A DNA stretch of 64,000 nucleotides from Eledone cirrhosa (Eukaryota): positions 6,510,001-6,574,000 of the forward strand of contig OZ024754.1 in assembly GCA_964016885.1 (NCBI GenBank), read 5' to 3'. Made by a program: the position numbers and the translations under genes. The first letter of the stretch is position 1. Each line of letters opens with the position of its first letter. Of this stretch, positions 1 to 12,944 are shown piece after piece. A model generated the notes under the pieces. The model was not told the origin of the DNA. It made no database searches and was given only the letters and a program-made list of their open reading frames with translations.

Positions 1-50
<50 letters not shown>

Positions 51-202
51 TGTATATGTATATGCATATATATATATGTATGTATATATGTATGTATATA
101 TATATATATGTATATATGCATATATACATATATATATATATTAGAAAGTGAGGGTTTTTTTACAAAATGAAAAATAACCGAGGTGTCCTACACGAGTGAA
201 AG

Positions 203-495
203 TATAAAGAAAAAGAGATGAAATCGAAAATGCAACTGGAGTCTTATTTTTAAAAAAAATATATATATTTATTTGGTTCTTTTACCGGTTTCGCAGTTCT
301 TCTGCTTTTCAAAGGGTGAGATGAGATGGAGGGTCTGTGGTTTTTCTCACATCTGTGAGAAAAACCACAGACCCTCCATCTCATCTCACCTTTTGAAAAG
401 CAGAAGAACTGCGAAACCGGTAAAGGAACCAAATAAATATATATATTTAAAAAAAAAATAAGACTCCAGTTGCATTTTCGATTTCATCTCTTTTT

Positions 496-502
<7 letters not shown>
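203..502. repeat. ~300 bp near-perfect fold-back palindrome carrying two divergent hammerhead motifs; locally duplicated at ~640-885
   Basis: Arms 203-351 and 354-502 are reverse complements centred on ctcaca-tc-tgtgag; the unit recurs ~382 bp downstream, centred at 734/735. Confidence 0.95.
389..426 (+). ncRNA. Minimal type I hammerhead ribozyme, U3-A8 core variant
   Basis: cctt-TTGAAAA-gcag(aagaa)ctgc-GAAA-ccg-GTA-aagg. Mirror copies at 279-316(-) and 661-698(-); the copy at 771-808(+) has G5A and is probably dead. Confidence 0.75.
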
Positions 503-565
<63 letters not shown>

Positions 566-877
566 GACGTAAAATAAGAAAATTTTAAAAATCAAAAATC
601 AACTTACTTACTAAAATTTTCACTCCAAAAAAAAAAAAATATATATATATTTATTTGGTTCCTTTACCGGTTTCGCAGTTCTTCTGCTTTTCAAAGGGTG
701 AGATGAGATGGAGGGTCTGTCGTTTTTCTCACATCTGTGAGAAAAACCACAGACCCTCCATCTCATCTCACCTTTTAAAAAGCAGAAGAACTGCGAAACC
801 GGTAAAGGAACCAAATAAATATATATATTTAAAAAAAAAATAAGACTCCAGTTGCATTTTCGATTTCATCTCTTTTT

Positions 878-969
<92 letters not shown>

Positions 970-1689
970 GACGTAAAATGAGAAAATTTTAAAAATCAAA
1001 AATCAACTTACTTACTAAAATTTTCACTCCAAAAAAAAAAAAAAATATATATATATATGTGTGTGTGAGTGTGGGGCGGCTTAGGATATTCGGTTTACAA
1101 TCATAAGGTTGTAAGTAAAATTCCCGGTGCTGCGTTGTGTCCTTGAGCAAGAGTCTTTAAATTGATATAGATGCAGTGAGAAAGAGATACGAGTGAGGAA
1201 TAGACTCAGTATTCCAGGTCTGAAAATAAACTTCTTCCAGAGAAGGAAGGAAAGTGAAATAGAGAGATAGAGAGATGATGTGCGAAAGAGACATGAGCCT
1301 GGAATCGACTCCACTACGGGATTGCTACATTTTTTTACCGACCTCAAAAGCATAATGGCAAGTTAACCTCGGTGGTATGAACATTGCAAAACATTCTATT
1401 CGATGTTTTAACGACTCTGCCAATTCAACGCAAATGTGAAAGCTGTACAACTTCCTAAATTCTGCAGACGTGCTCAAATTGTTTTTTTAAAACACCCTTG
1501 AACTATATATTTATCTATAGTGTAGGTAAACGGATGGTAAGTTTTTAGTTACTGAGTTACAGGAAATTCTCTATGTACTAATGTTTACACTACAGATTAA
1601 CTGAAATAATTTAGGCGGAGTCGGGAAATACCTTAAACTATCTGACTATACTTGATGGTGAGTTCTGTTTTGTTACAACAGAGTTTCTA

Positions 1690-2175
1690 CATAAAATAAA
1701 GTACCAGTAATGTACTGGGTAATTGCTGGCCTTGTGCCTAAAGTAGAAACAATTATTATTATTATTATTATGGATTGGCAGTATCGGTAGAGGGTCGGAC
1801 GCCATGCTTTGCAGCAGAGTTACGACCCTTTACGGTCCGAGTTCAAATCCCGCCGAGATTAACTTTGCCTTTCATCCTTACGGGGTCGATAAAATAAAGT
1901 ACCAGTCACGCACTGGGGTCGATTTAACCGACTTTCCCCTCCTCCAAAATTGCTGGCCTTGTGCCTATATAAGTAACCATTATTATTATTATTGATTGAC
2001 AGAATCGGTAGAGGGTCGGACGCCATGCTTTGCAGCATAGTTACGGCCCTTTACGGTCCGAGGTCAAATCCCGCCGAGGTTAACTTTGCCTTTCATCCTT
2101 ACGGGGGTCGATAAAATAAAGTACCAGTAATGCACTGGGGTAATTGCTGGCCTTGTGCCAAAAGTAGAAACAATT
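1690..2175 (+). mobile_element. Cluster of three tRNA-derived SINE copies (Meta/MESC-like core family, here called SINE-A)
   Basis: A-box tggcagtatcggtag, B-box gagttcaaatccc, core ctttgcctttcatccttacggggtcgataaaataaagtacc, (ATT)n tails. Confidence 0.85.
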
Positions 2176-2188
2176 ATTATTATTATTA

Positions 2189-2300
2189 TGGGGGCCCACG
2201 CGCTGGCTGCCCCGTGGCCTCAGCGGACAGAATAGAGCAGGCGTTTCCTCGGAGGATGGTGAGGAAAACGCGCTGGAAGAGCCATTACATCTCACGAGTG
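2189..2300 (-). mobile_element. 3' fragment of a CRE-like RLE non-LTR retrotransposon
   Basis: Minus strand reads WLFQRVFLTILRGNACSILSA, homologous to 40510-40890. Confidence 0.7.
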
Positions 2301-2454
2301 ACAAGGGAGGGTAGAAAACTACAACCTCGCCTCCTTTACCAGTAGAATTGACTTATGAAGCTATACTATATGAAAGCGAAATTATTATCTGCATCATAAA
2401 CGCTAACTGCATTACAACCTTGATTTAAAAACGAGGGTCTTCTGTTGAATAAGA

Positions 2455-2700
2455 TCATCATCATCATCATCATCATTATCCGGCGGCCTCAGACGAAGTC
2501 GACTCAACAATTGATCTCCACGTGGGTCTGTGGTTCATTGCCATTGCCAAATCCTGGATTTCATTACCAGAATCTCTGGAGATGACATCGGGATAGGAGA
2601 GCTTGCACCCCCCCCCCGTTATTAGTGACTGTTTGCGGTTTCCAAAGCACTAATGGGGACACAGCCTCATAGGTGGCATGATGGCAGTGGCCAGCAATTC
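2455..2700 (-). mobile_element. RTE-like LINE 3' end with (ATG)n tail
   Basis: Minus strand reads AGHCHH..PLVLWKP..KLSYPDVISRDSG..LAMAMNHRPTWRSIV, a typical RTE-type C-terminus. Confidence 0.7.
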
Positions 2701-3502
2701 GGGTTAGGAGAGCTTGCGCCCCCTGTTAATAGTGACTGCTTGTGGTTTCTAAAGCACTAATGGGGACCAAGCATGGTCAGCTTGCAACAAGATGGATCGA
2801 GTTTGGCGCTCAAATCTTTCCAACCACACCAAAATCAGACTCTTCAAAGTAACCTTTCAATCAATCTTGCTATATGGAAGTGAAACATGGACCTTTTCAT
2901 ACAAACAACAAAAGTATCTTGATGGCACTTACAGTTGAATAAGATAGAAGCGTAGCTAGACCTCTTCCCACCCCTCAATCCTGTATATTTGACGTATACA
3001 AAAGCTGTATCAGAGAAATGAGAAATTATCATTCACCCTATATATGTTCACGGTCTTACCCTCTTGCTTTAGAACTGAAAGACCTGTAGAAAAATGTATG
3101 ATATTTCACTCCGATTAAGCTGTTATGAAAATGTAATCCTTTTTGATATCAAACCGCCTGACACCGCCCTGAATTATTGATTGAAAAGTTCTTATTAAAT
3201 TTACAAAAAAAATTTATATTAAAACTTTCCACCATAATTATATTTTAGAAACATTTGGTAATTAAGGATCTAATGATCAGATTATTAATGAAAGATTTGG
3301 TTATTTTATTAAATTCCTCCAGGTATTTCATTATTTCCAAAATTAATAGAAACACGATTAATTGAAAATACCGGATGGAATGGTTAACCGTCCTGAGAAT
3401 ATTTTTTTTCTCTTCTCATCCGAGCTTTTCTCTCATGGTTCATTTTTACTTCTTGCTAAATTCCTCCAATTATTTTCAAAATTATTTTCAAAATTACGGG
3501 CA

Positions 3503-3655
3503 AAACCAACCGACAGGAGACCCAGGGCAAGATGGTTGGATAACATGAGATAACTTGGAGATTTAGCCGGATCAGTTCGAGAAGGTTGCTTCTGATAGGA
3601 CTCACTGGAAGGAGTGATTGAAGATTCTTCCCCCCGCCACGAGGACTCTAGCCCT
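3503..3655 (+). mobile_element. RTE (Rex3/Expander-like) 3' fragment; related copy at 16283-16385
   Basis: RRPRARWLDNMR...ASDRTHWKE; shares ttggagatYtagccggatcagtt...ggttgcttctgaYaggac with the copy at 16283. Confidence 0.55.
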
Positions 3656-4137
3656 GTTTAAGTATACAGGGTGTCCCCGCCAAAAGTCGACATCATTTCG
3701 TAGTCTAATAACATAGCCAATGATGTCAATTGCTTTGGGACACATATATTACTAGTTTTTAAGTTTCCTTTTCTATTCTGAGGCGAATTTTTTTCTGTCA
3801 TGGCTCACATTGCTTTACTCCTTGTTTACCATGTAGTTTTCTATATCAAATTCCATCATATTCAAGTCTCTCTATTATATATAATTGATTCCTTATCTAT
3901 AGCAAACGGTTCATTGTTGTTCTTGGCTTGTCTGGCTTATAAATGTCTACCCTTTAGATATACATCTAGTAACTTTAAATAATGTTCTTCTCTGTTATAA
4001 TATTTCTATTTGAATGAGAAACTCCCCAGCGCCCTAATATGATTGAAATGGTATGGAATGTATATTTTATGATGTTATCAAACTTTGGGTAATAAGTTCT
4101 GAATCCTGTCAGAGTTCTCCGCAGTCACACAGACAAG

Positions 4138-4177
<40 letters not shown>

Positions 4178-4334
4178 CATATACACACACGTATATACAT
4201 ACACACATATATACATTTATATATATATATATAAATACACACACACACACGTACACACATATATACATATACGTAGACACACACACACACGTATATACGT
4301 ACACACATACATACATTTATATATGTATATAAAT

Positions 4335-4367
<33 letters not shown>

Positions 4368-5084
4368 AACCCCCTCCCCCTCACATCACCACCTTCCCCC
4401 TCCACCTTTCACACCTATCCATCCTCTCCCCTGTCCACCGCACCTCCGCACACACAGACACAGTCCACACCACATACAGACCATTTCTCCACCTGTCATC
4501 CTCCTCTACTTCTATCTCTTCCCCCTGCCTTGACCCTCTGACCACTTCCTGTTGCGCGCGCACCCCACATCTCTCCACTTCCGACCCCCACCACAAATGG
4601 ATTTCACACCACCGGTCATCGTTCCAGCTATCCACTCCATAACATGAGAAATATCCGATATCTCATCGCACACTCCACGGAACTACTTTAGGAACTTACC
4701 CACGAACAAACACTCACATTTTTTTCGAACCACGCCTCCTACATCCACACCACGTATAAACACAAACACAAACACAAACGTGCGTATCCCCACATATACA
4801 CACTCATCCTCCGGAATCCACACGCCCCCACCCCCACCCCTCTGACCCCTCTCCGTCCACACGCACGCACACACCGACTTACACCCCACTCCACACACAG
4901 ACCGGCTCTTCTTTTCCTGAACATGGAACCTCGTTCTTCCCCCAACTCTCACATTCACATACACACGCACACACACACACTCGTACACCTACACACATAC
5001 ACAAACACCACCTTCAGCCCTCCCCGCTCGGACGCCCCACCTCCCTCTCCCAACTCCACCCGCCACACCCCTATACGCCTAACA

Positions 5085-5344
5085 CCCTTCCACCACTTGT
5101 TTATTTATAATATTATTTTTATGTTTATTTTTATGTTTATTTTCATTTGTACTTCTAAAATCATTCCCCCCCCCTTTTGTAAATGTCTTTCCACCACTCC
5201 CGCCACACACCATCGGAACTCTCTTCCTACCCACTTTTCTCCTGATGAAGGGCTTATACCCGAAACGTCGTTCCCCACCCCACTCTCGAAAGCGTGAACC
5301 TAATATTTATACTGCCTCTCTGTTTTTGTTCCTGTCTAAGATTT

Positions 5345-5350
<6 letters not shown>
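5085..5350 (+). mobile_element. Penelope-like pLTR-type element (family F) with hammerhead motif
   Basis: Homologous to 32137-32385(-), 54860-55128(+) and 18110-18190(-); ends in (TA)n. Confidence 0.7.
5238..5272 (+). ncRNA. Hammerhead core motif (family F)
   Basis: CTGATGA-a-ggg(cttata)ccc-GAAAC-GTC; stem I pairing is poor. Confidence 0.6.
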
Positions 5351-5391
<41 letters not shown>

Positions 5392-5861
5392 TATATATAT
5401 ATATGTTCAGCTCAATTTCCAATTAAATAAATTGAAAAAATCCTATGTTTGGCATTTTGGTCTGTCTTGACAATGGATTGAGGTTAATGTACAAAAACCA
5501 TTTAAGTTACGTTACAAATATTTCCTTAATAATGAAATATTTATAATTCTAGTAAATCCCTCTAAATCTTTCATTTATGGCATTTATAGTTCTTTCCTAT
5601 ACTTTCCCATACAGCCTGATTTACCCTTCTTTACTCCTTTCCCTTTTCCTCATTACTAAATTTTGCTTCTATCTTTCTTATTCATATTTATGTAATAACC
5701 AGACCACCCGTGACCCGCTGAGTCACGTTCACTTCAAAATATTTTTTAAAAATCATGTTCACTTAAAAATAATTTTTAAATAATTAAAATATATAGACAT
5801 GTATATAATGTGAAATGAAACTGGAAGGCCCATATATATACATGTGTGTATGTATTCATAC

Positions 5862-5893
<32 letters not shown>

Positions 5894-6506
5894 CTGTGAT
5901 CTATATACACTGGTCATATATACACACACACACATATATGTGTGTGTGTGTATATATGACCAGTGTATATAGATCACAGACACACACACACATATATATA
6001 TATATGTGTGTCTGTGATCTATATACACTGGTCATATATACACACACACACATATAAACACACACTCACATATATATAAACAACAAGTCCACCAGCTCTC
6101 TCTCTCTCTCTCTCTCTCTTCCATTCTCCTTCTCTGTCTCCCCTCTCCCTCTCTATGTCTCTCTCTCAATCTACTCTGTCCTCAACCACTATCTCTTTCT
6201 CTCTATCCTTCTGGAACGATCGTAAAACAATGAACTGAATAAACTTTGCACTAAACTTCGCGTTTTGTTTTCATTGTTCAACAATAAATAAATAATAAAA
6301 TAAATAAATAAAGTTTTTACTAAATCCTTGCTCTGACTCTGTTTGATTTTTCAGTTGGAGACCGTCATTAGTCAGGAGCGCCTAAAAAGTGTGGAGATGC
6401 CCGGAGGAAATTAAAATATTCCATTGCCAAGTGTAAGATGCATGCGTAAACAAAGATCTGATCTTCACAGAGGTCGCCATATTAATTTACAATACGTGAG
6501 CACGAA

Positions 6507-7636
6507 GTGTTTAGAACAAATTATGTTAAGCAGTTGTAGTTAGTTTATCTATAAGATCACTTTTTATATGTTGTTGGATCTCCGTCGGTTCGAACGCTGA
6601 GTGTTTAGAACAAAATATGTTAAGTAGTTGTAGTTAGTTTATCTATAAGATCACTTTTTATATGTTGTTGGATCTCCGTCGGTTCGAACGCTGAGTGTTT
6701 AGAACAAAATATGTTAAGCAGTTGTAGTTAGTTTATCTATAAGATCACTTTTTATATGTTGTTGGATCTCCGTCGGTTCGAACGCTGAGTGTTTAGAACA
6801 AAATATGTTAAGTAGTTGTAGTTAGTTTATCTATAAGATCACTTTTTGTATGTTGTTGGATCTCCGTCGGTTCGAACGCTGAGTGTTTAGAACAAAATAT
6901 GTTAAGTAGTTGTAGTTAGTTTATCTATAAGATCACTTTTTGTATGTTGTTGGATCTCCGTCGGTTCGAACGCTGAGTGTTTAGAACAAAATATGTTAAG
7001 TAGTTGTAGTTAGTTTATCTATAAGATCACTTTTTGTATGTTTTGGATCTCCGTCGGTTCGAACGCTGAGTGTTTAGAACAAAATATGTTAAGTAGTTGT
7101 AGTTAGTTTATCTATAAGATCACTTTTTGTATGTTGTTGGATCTCCGTCGGTTCGAACGCTGAGTGTTTAGAACAAAATATGTTAAGTAGTTGTAGTTAG
7201 TTTATCTATAAGATCACTTTTTATATGTTGTTGGATCTCCGTCGGTTCGAACGCTGAGTGTTTAGAACAAAATATGTTAAGTAGTTGTAATTAGTTTATC
7301 TATAAGATCACTTTTTGTATGTTGTTGGATCTCCGTCGGTTCGAACGCTGAGTGTTTAGAACAAAATATGTTAAGTAGTTGTAGTTAGTTTATCTATAAG
7401 ATCACTTTTTATATGTTGTTGGATCTCTGTCGGTTCGAACGCTGAGTGTTTAGAACAAAATATGTTAAGCAGTTGTAGTTAGTTTATCTATAAGATCACT
7501 TTTTATATGTTGTTGGATCTCCGTCGGTTCGAACGCTGAGTGTTTAGAACAAAATATGTTAAGTAGTTGTAGTTAGTTTATCTATAAGATCACTTTTTGC
7601 ATGTTGTTGGATCTCCGTCGGTTCAAATGCTGAGTG
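6507..7636. repeat. 94 bp minisatellite, ~12 units
   Basis: gtgtttagaac recurs at 6507, 6601, 6695 and onward; the units are nearly identical. Confidence 0.97.
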
Positions 7637-7819
7637 ATCCAGTTGATTCAATCAAAGAAACATCCTCTCCCGAAAAAATTAACGTGCAAGTGGCTGAGCA
7701 TTCTACAAACATGTTTACCATGTAACCTAGTTCTCAGAGGAATTCAGTGTGACACGGCGTGTGGCACGGCTGGCCCTTAGAATTACGGGTACAAAACATT
7801 TGTTGCTGAGTGGACTGAG
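7602..7819 (-). mobile_element. SINE body/3' end running into the 94 bp array
   Basis: Minus strand begins ctcagtccactcagc, which resembles the post-CORE segment of 12369-12708; related decayed pieces at 45640-45810. Confidence 0.55.
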
Positions 7820-7942
7820 TATAAATATTTAATATAGAAATGGCTTCTACAGGACCAGAACTGTTTCATTCGGAGGAAATCATCAGGAATGAAATATTTC
7901 TAGTCACCCGAATGAAACATTTCTAGTATTGTAGAAGCCATT

Positions 7943-7950
<8 letters not shown>
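7820..7950. mobile_element. Family B fold-back element with hammerhead core at 7855-7886(-)
   Basis: Minus strand CTGATGA-tttc(ctcc)gaat-GAAAC-a-GTT; homologous to 24815-25002, 41113-41292, 53071-53112 and 63908-64000. Confidence 0.7.
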
Positions 7951-8008
<58 letters not shown>

Positions 8009-8061
8009 ATTTAACACTTCACTGCTCGCAAGTGTTTTTTAAGCTTCATATCATGTCTTCC

Positions 8062-8132
8062 TATTTTATCTGATGAGAACGCAAATATCATCCCATGATG
8101 ATATTTGATTTTGAAATGCGCATAATAAAATA
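8062..8132 (+). ncRNA. Type I hammerhead ribozyme (family D)
   Basis: tattttat-CTGATGA-long stem II (caaatatcatc/gatgatatttg)-GAAA-tgcgca-TA-ataaaata; perfect 8 bp stem I, palindromic stem III. Confidence 0.85.
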
Positions 8133-8162
8133 CTTGGAACTCTTTAAACCATCTTTTGATCT

Positions 8163-8217
<55 letters not shown>

Positions 8218-9111
8218 TAGGATGAAAGTTGTCCTCAGATTTGAACTCGGAAGTAAAGTGCTGTAACCTAATCTCAAAAGACATTTTGTCCGACGCTCTA
8301 ACGATTTTGGGAACCTTATGACCGATGCAGAAAAAATAATTACCGCTCATGTTTGTAAATATCAGAATGAAGCTTTTTTTTCTCGGAGCTGAATATTGGT
8401 TACCATTGGCCTTTTTAGTGGTTTTTACATAATTTTACGCCATTTTTTATAGAAAAAAATACCCCTCCAAAAAACCAGACAAGGTTAGTTTTATGGCATA
8501 TATTTCTTTGAACCGAGTGTCCTACATATAAATAAATGAATAGTTCTTGCTTGTTGAAGAAAGATAAGATCATGAGATCAATGATAAGATCATGAGAAAA
8601 TATCCATTTACAACACACGTTTTATTCTCTTTTCTGTGTTTTGGCATTTGCGCCTACACTTTCGTTGCAAATTGTCTCCATCCTACCCATTAACCCTGGT
8701 TTAATCCAGAAAACCTTTTAAAATCATTGTTGAATTTACGAATCACTGGAAATAATATTTTATCGAATGAATAAGTAGAAAGAAAAAGAGATCAATTGAT
8801 TATGTGTCTAATAGTCAAGACACACGTAGAAAAGAAAACAAAATACAAATATTAGAAAACATGAGGAGAATATATTGGTTTGGAAATATTGCATTAAAGA
8901 GAATATGAAAGAAATCAGAAAAAATATCTGGAAAAAAAAAAAAATGAAAGAAAAAGAGAAAATTCATAGAAGACTTTGAAGCAAAATAGAATGATGAATA
9001 TTTTATTTAACAACGGATGCTTTTTGAAACGAAATATTTGAACAACGAAATATTTGAACAAAATCTGAGAAATCTGGAAACTTTAGCAAAGGAGATATAA
9101 TAAAAATAATA

Positions 9112-9301
9112 TAATTGTTTCTACTTTAGGCACCAGGCCAGCAATTACCTAGTGTATTACTGTTACTTTATTTTATCGACACCGTAAGGATGAAAGGCAA
9201 AGTCAACCTCGGCGGGATTTGAACTCAGATCGTAAAGGGACGTAACTATGCTGGAAAGCATAGCGTCCGAGCCTCTACCGATACTGCCAATCCACCGCCC
9301 T
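9112..9301 (-). mobile_element. SINE-A, full-length
   Basis: Reverse complement of the SINE-A consensus from head to tail. Confidence 0.9.
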
Positions 9302-9730
9302 AGTAATGATGACTAAATATATGTAAGGAGAAGAAACGAGAGTTAACGAGAATTAATGACCTTGGCATAAAGAAATAGATAAATAAATAAATAAATAATG
9401 GAAAATATCCGGGGCGTATATTTTGGGTGTGTTAGGTGGGCGATAGCGGCCTAACAAAGATTGTAAGTTTATATAATAATGATTGTATTGTTTTTTTTGT
9501 CCGTCTGTCATACGAACATTCTAAAATGCATTTTATATCAACGGTGTTGCCTATCTGTTTCCTCCATTTTCTCACTTACTTACTCCCTCCCCACTCTCTC
9601 TGTCTGTCTCCTCCCATCTCTCTCTATCTCTCTCACTCTCCGTGGTTTTGTATTGCCTGGGTGAATTGACCGTTTCTGGGCATGCGCGTTCATACGGTTG
9701 TTCTTCCTGTTCCGTATAACCATTACTAGT

Positions 9731-9771
9731 CCGAGCTGAAGATCCGCTTAAGGTGAAACAATTGTTCTCGG
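9731..9771 (+). ncRNA. Minimal type I hammerhead ribozyme (family A)
   Basis: ccgag-CTGAAGA-tcc(gcttaa)ggt-GAAAC-aatt-GTT-ctcgg. Confidence 0.85.
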
Positions 9772-9865
9772 TATGGTGAACTAACTGTTGTGTTACTACT
9801 TCTACCAAACTCGTCCCATGGACTGAGTGCTCTACCACTACGGATATTACCTTCCAGGGTTATAC

Positions 9866-9933
<68 letters not shown>

Positions 9934-10730
9934 CACGTTAATTTTACGATTAGACTGTACTGTTGTTCAAACAACTAGAGCACACGCCATTGGTATTGGC
10001 GGAGTTAGAGCATACACCCTGTTAAAAGAACCACCAAACGCCACTAGAGAACATATATAACTATATGCATTGCGAATGCAACCGACTTTACGCTGATAAA
10101 TTCATGAAGTAATTAAAAAGCTCTTCAGAAGTAATTAAAAAGCTGCTACAACATTTACGAAAGACACGTCAGCTGATTAAAAGAACGACCAGCATGCATA
10201 TAATCTTCAGCTTATCATCATGAAAGTAGATTCTATTACAATACACTCCCAGAGCTCTTTGAAGTTGACACCGATTTCCTACAGCTGTATAAATTATGTT
10301 TCAGAATGGTGTATAGTAATGTAAAGACTAATTATTAATTAAAAAAACTTAGAGGTCTACTTTGCTATTCATCCTTTCAGGATTGATAAAATTAAGTACC
10401 AGTCAAGAACTAGGACCGATATAATCAAGTTCACACTTCCTCAAAAATGCTGGCCTTGTGCTTAATTTAGAAATAATTAATAAAATTTATAGGTCAACTT
10501 TGCTTTTTATATTTCTAATATTGATAAAATAAATTACCAATCGAATACTGAGATTCGATTTTATCGAACTCCTTCCCACCCTAAATTGCTAGTCTTGTGT
10601 CAAAACCAGAAACTTTCGTTTGGTTCAGGAATTTTAAGGTGGATTGAAAGAAGCGACAAGACGTCAGACAAAGTACCATATGATCTTTGTTTCGACTATG
10701 AGTTCAAATCCCACCGATGTTAACTATATA

Positions 10731-10807
<77 letters not shown>

Positions 10808-10814
10808 CACACAC

Positions 10815-10844
<30 letters not shown>

Positions 10845-10846
<2 letters not shown>

Positions 10847-10955
10847 GAAAAAGTATGACCCCGACGGCAGAGCTCAAGCCGTTTCGACGGCTATTTCTGA
10901 AATAGCTGTCGAAACGGCTTGAGCTCTGCCGTCGGGGTCTTGAACATTTTCCTAT
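10845..10955. repeat. Family C fold-back palindrome
   Basis: gaccccgacggcagagctcaagccgtttcgacggctatttc / gaaatagctgtcgaaacggcttgagctctgccgtcggggtc; family members at 11798-11855, 18225-18405, 18488-18612 and 55812-55950. Confidence 0.85.
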
Positions 10956-11695
10956 ATTTATATATATACAGATATGTATATACAGATATATATATATATA
11001 TATATATATACAGATATATATATACAGATATGTATGTCTATATATATATATATATACAGATATGTATGTATGTCTATATATAAATATATGAATGTCTATA
11101 TATAAATATATGTTCTACAAAATACTAGCGTTTACCTTTTCTCAAATGACTAAGCTAACTCCATAACGAAAAAAAAATCAAGAAATAAAAAAATAAAAAA
11201 TCACAAACTCACAAAAACAAACAAATCCTTAAACAACCCCCAAACAAACAAACAAACAAACAACCTCCCCCCAGACAATCTAAAAGGAAAAAAACTATAC
11301 AAAAATTTCAAGAAAAAAAAAAGTAACAAGCAATCACCCCCCCCCCCCCCAGCAAATCTAAAAAAAAAAAAAGAAAAAAAAAGACTACAAAAATATCAAG
11401 AAAAAAAAAGCAACAAGCAATCACCCCCCCCCACCCACCAAAAATACTATATAAAAAAATCTCCAAGAAAAAGAAGCAAAGAAGAACACGTTCTGTCCGC
11501 TGTTTTGTTGATAGAAAGAGGACCCTTTGATAGCCTCTTAATGATAAAACTTTACACATATGGTTTCTCTGATACTTTTCTAACATGTGGGAACAACCTT
11601 CTCTTAACATTCCTATAACTGGTAATAACTTCTCAGGCTCACTTATACAGTCTTGCAGTTAGATTTATGGTTGGGTGGGTCTATGTCGTTGCAGT

Positions 11696-11792
11696 GGAGG
11701 CACGTGGCCTAGTGGTAAGGGTGTTCGACTTACGATCATAATGTCGTGGGCTCGATTCCTGGGTTGCGTGTTGTGTTCTTGAGCAAAATACT
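11696..11792 (+). mobile_element. tRNA-headed CORE-like SINE, 5' fragment
   Basis: ggaggcacgtggcctagtggtaaggg...ggctcgattcc...tgtgttcttgagcaaaatactt. Confidence 0.7.
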
Positions 11793-12078
11793 TCTATCCA
11801 GAAATAACCGTCGAAACGGCTTGAGCTCTGCGTCGGGGGTTAAACATTTTCCTATATATATATATATATATATATATCTATTGGTAAACGGAATAGAAAA
11901 TGCTGACAAATTGTTCACAGTTGAAAAATGGTTTAATTAGGAATAAAAGAGTATTAATAATTGTATGGGTTAGTATACATAAGTTAGTAACTATAAGTTT
12001 TTAAGTTTTTACCGGTTGCGCATTTCTAAATGCTTTTCAAAAATAATTTTGAGATAGAGTGTCCGTGTTGTTTGCTCT

Positions 12079-12182
<104 letters not shown>

Positions 12183-12368
12183 CCGAACAGCGCCTCTTTT
12201 ATCACTCTCGTTTATTAGATTGGTGGCTTGAGAATGGGTAAAACGTGAAACAATTCATGAAATTTCATCTAAAAATAAAATGAAATATTTTACTCTAACC
12301 TTGTATATTGAGTTCTTTACGGCTCCGGATTAATTAAACTGCCGTGTAAAACATTCTTATATACACAT

Positions 12369-12708
12369 GGAGGCACATGGCTTAGTGGTTAGAGCATTGG
12401 CCTTGCAATCGAAAGGTTGTGAGTTCAATTCTCAGACCGAGTGATGTGTTGTTTCCTTGAGCAAGACACTTTATTTCACATTGCTCCAGTTTACTTAGCT
12501 GTAGAAATGAGATGATAGGGACTGGGGTCCCTATCATTCCACTGCAAAGTGGTCGTTGAGGTGCCAAAAAAGCACCCAGCACTCACTGTAAATGAGGTTG
12601 GTGTTAGGAAGGGCTTCCAGCTGTAGAAATCAAGCCTGAATCAGTTCTCGTCCCACCCTTGCAAGTAGGGAAAAGCAGACGTAAAATGATGATGATGATG
12701 ATGATGAT
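12369..12708 (+). mobile_element. tRNA-headed CORE-like SINE with RTE-type (ATG)n tail
   Basis: tRNA A/B boxes, ccttgagcaagacacttt core, ggtgttaggaagggc segment and (GAT)n tail; the 3' part also occurs at 56600-56752. Confidence 0.8.
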
Positions 12709-12910
12709 ACACACATATACGCATACTTATATATACGTACATACATACATTGAAATGTCACTGTTTGATTAGGATGAAAAGAAACTTTTGTGTCAAAGCG
12801 TTATATCTATTATTAATAAATTTCCCGTATATATGTGTGTGTGCATACACACGCCTGCACGCGCACACACACACATATATTTAATGCGTGTGTTCACTGT
12901 ATTTACGTTG

Positions 12911-12941
<31 letters not shown>

Positions 12942-12944
<3 letters not shown>

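Noticed and set aside
250-843. Four near-identical ~60 aa ORFs on both strands
   Set aside because: Explained by a duplicated palindrome, and the starts are non-ATG
4560-4760. Possible second GIY-YIG relic (KWISHHRSSFQL) upstream of the family F ribozyme
   Set aside because: Too degenerate, with stops and no YIG motif; cannot be supported without an HMM search
6507-7636. CRISPR-like periodicity
   Set aside because: Whole units are identical with no unique spacers, there are no cas genes, and the context is eukaryotic
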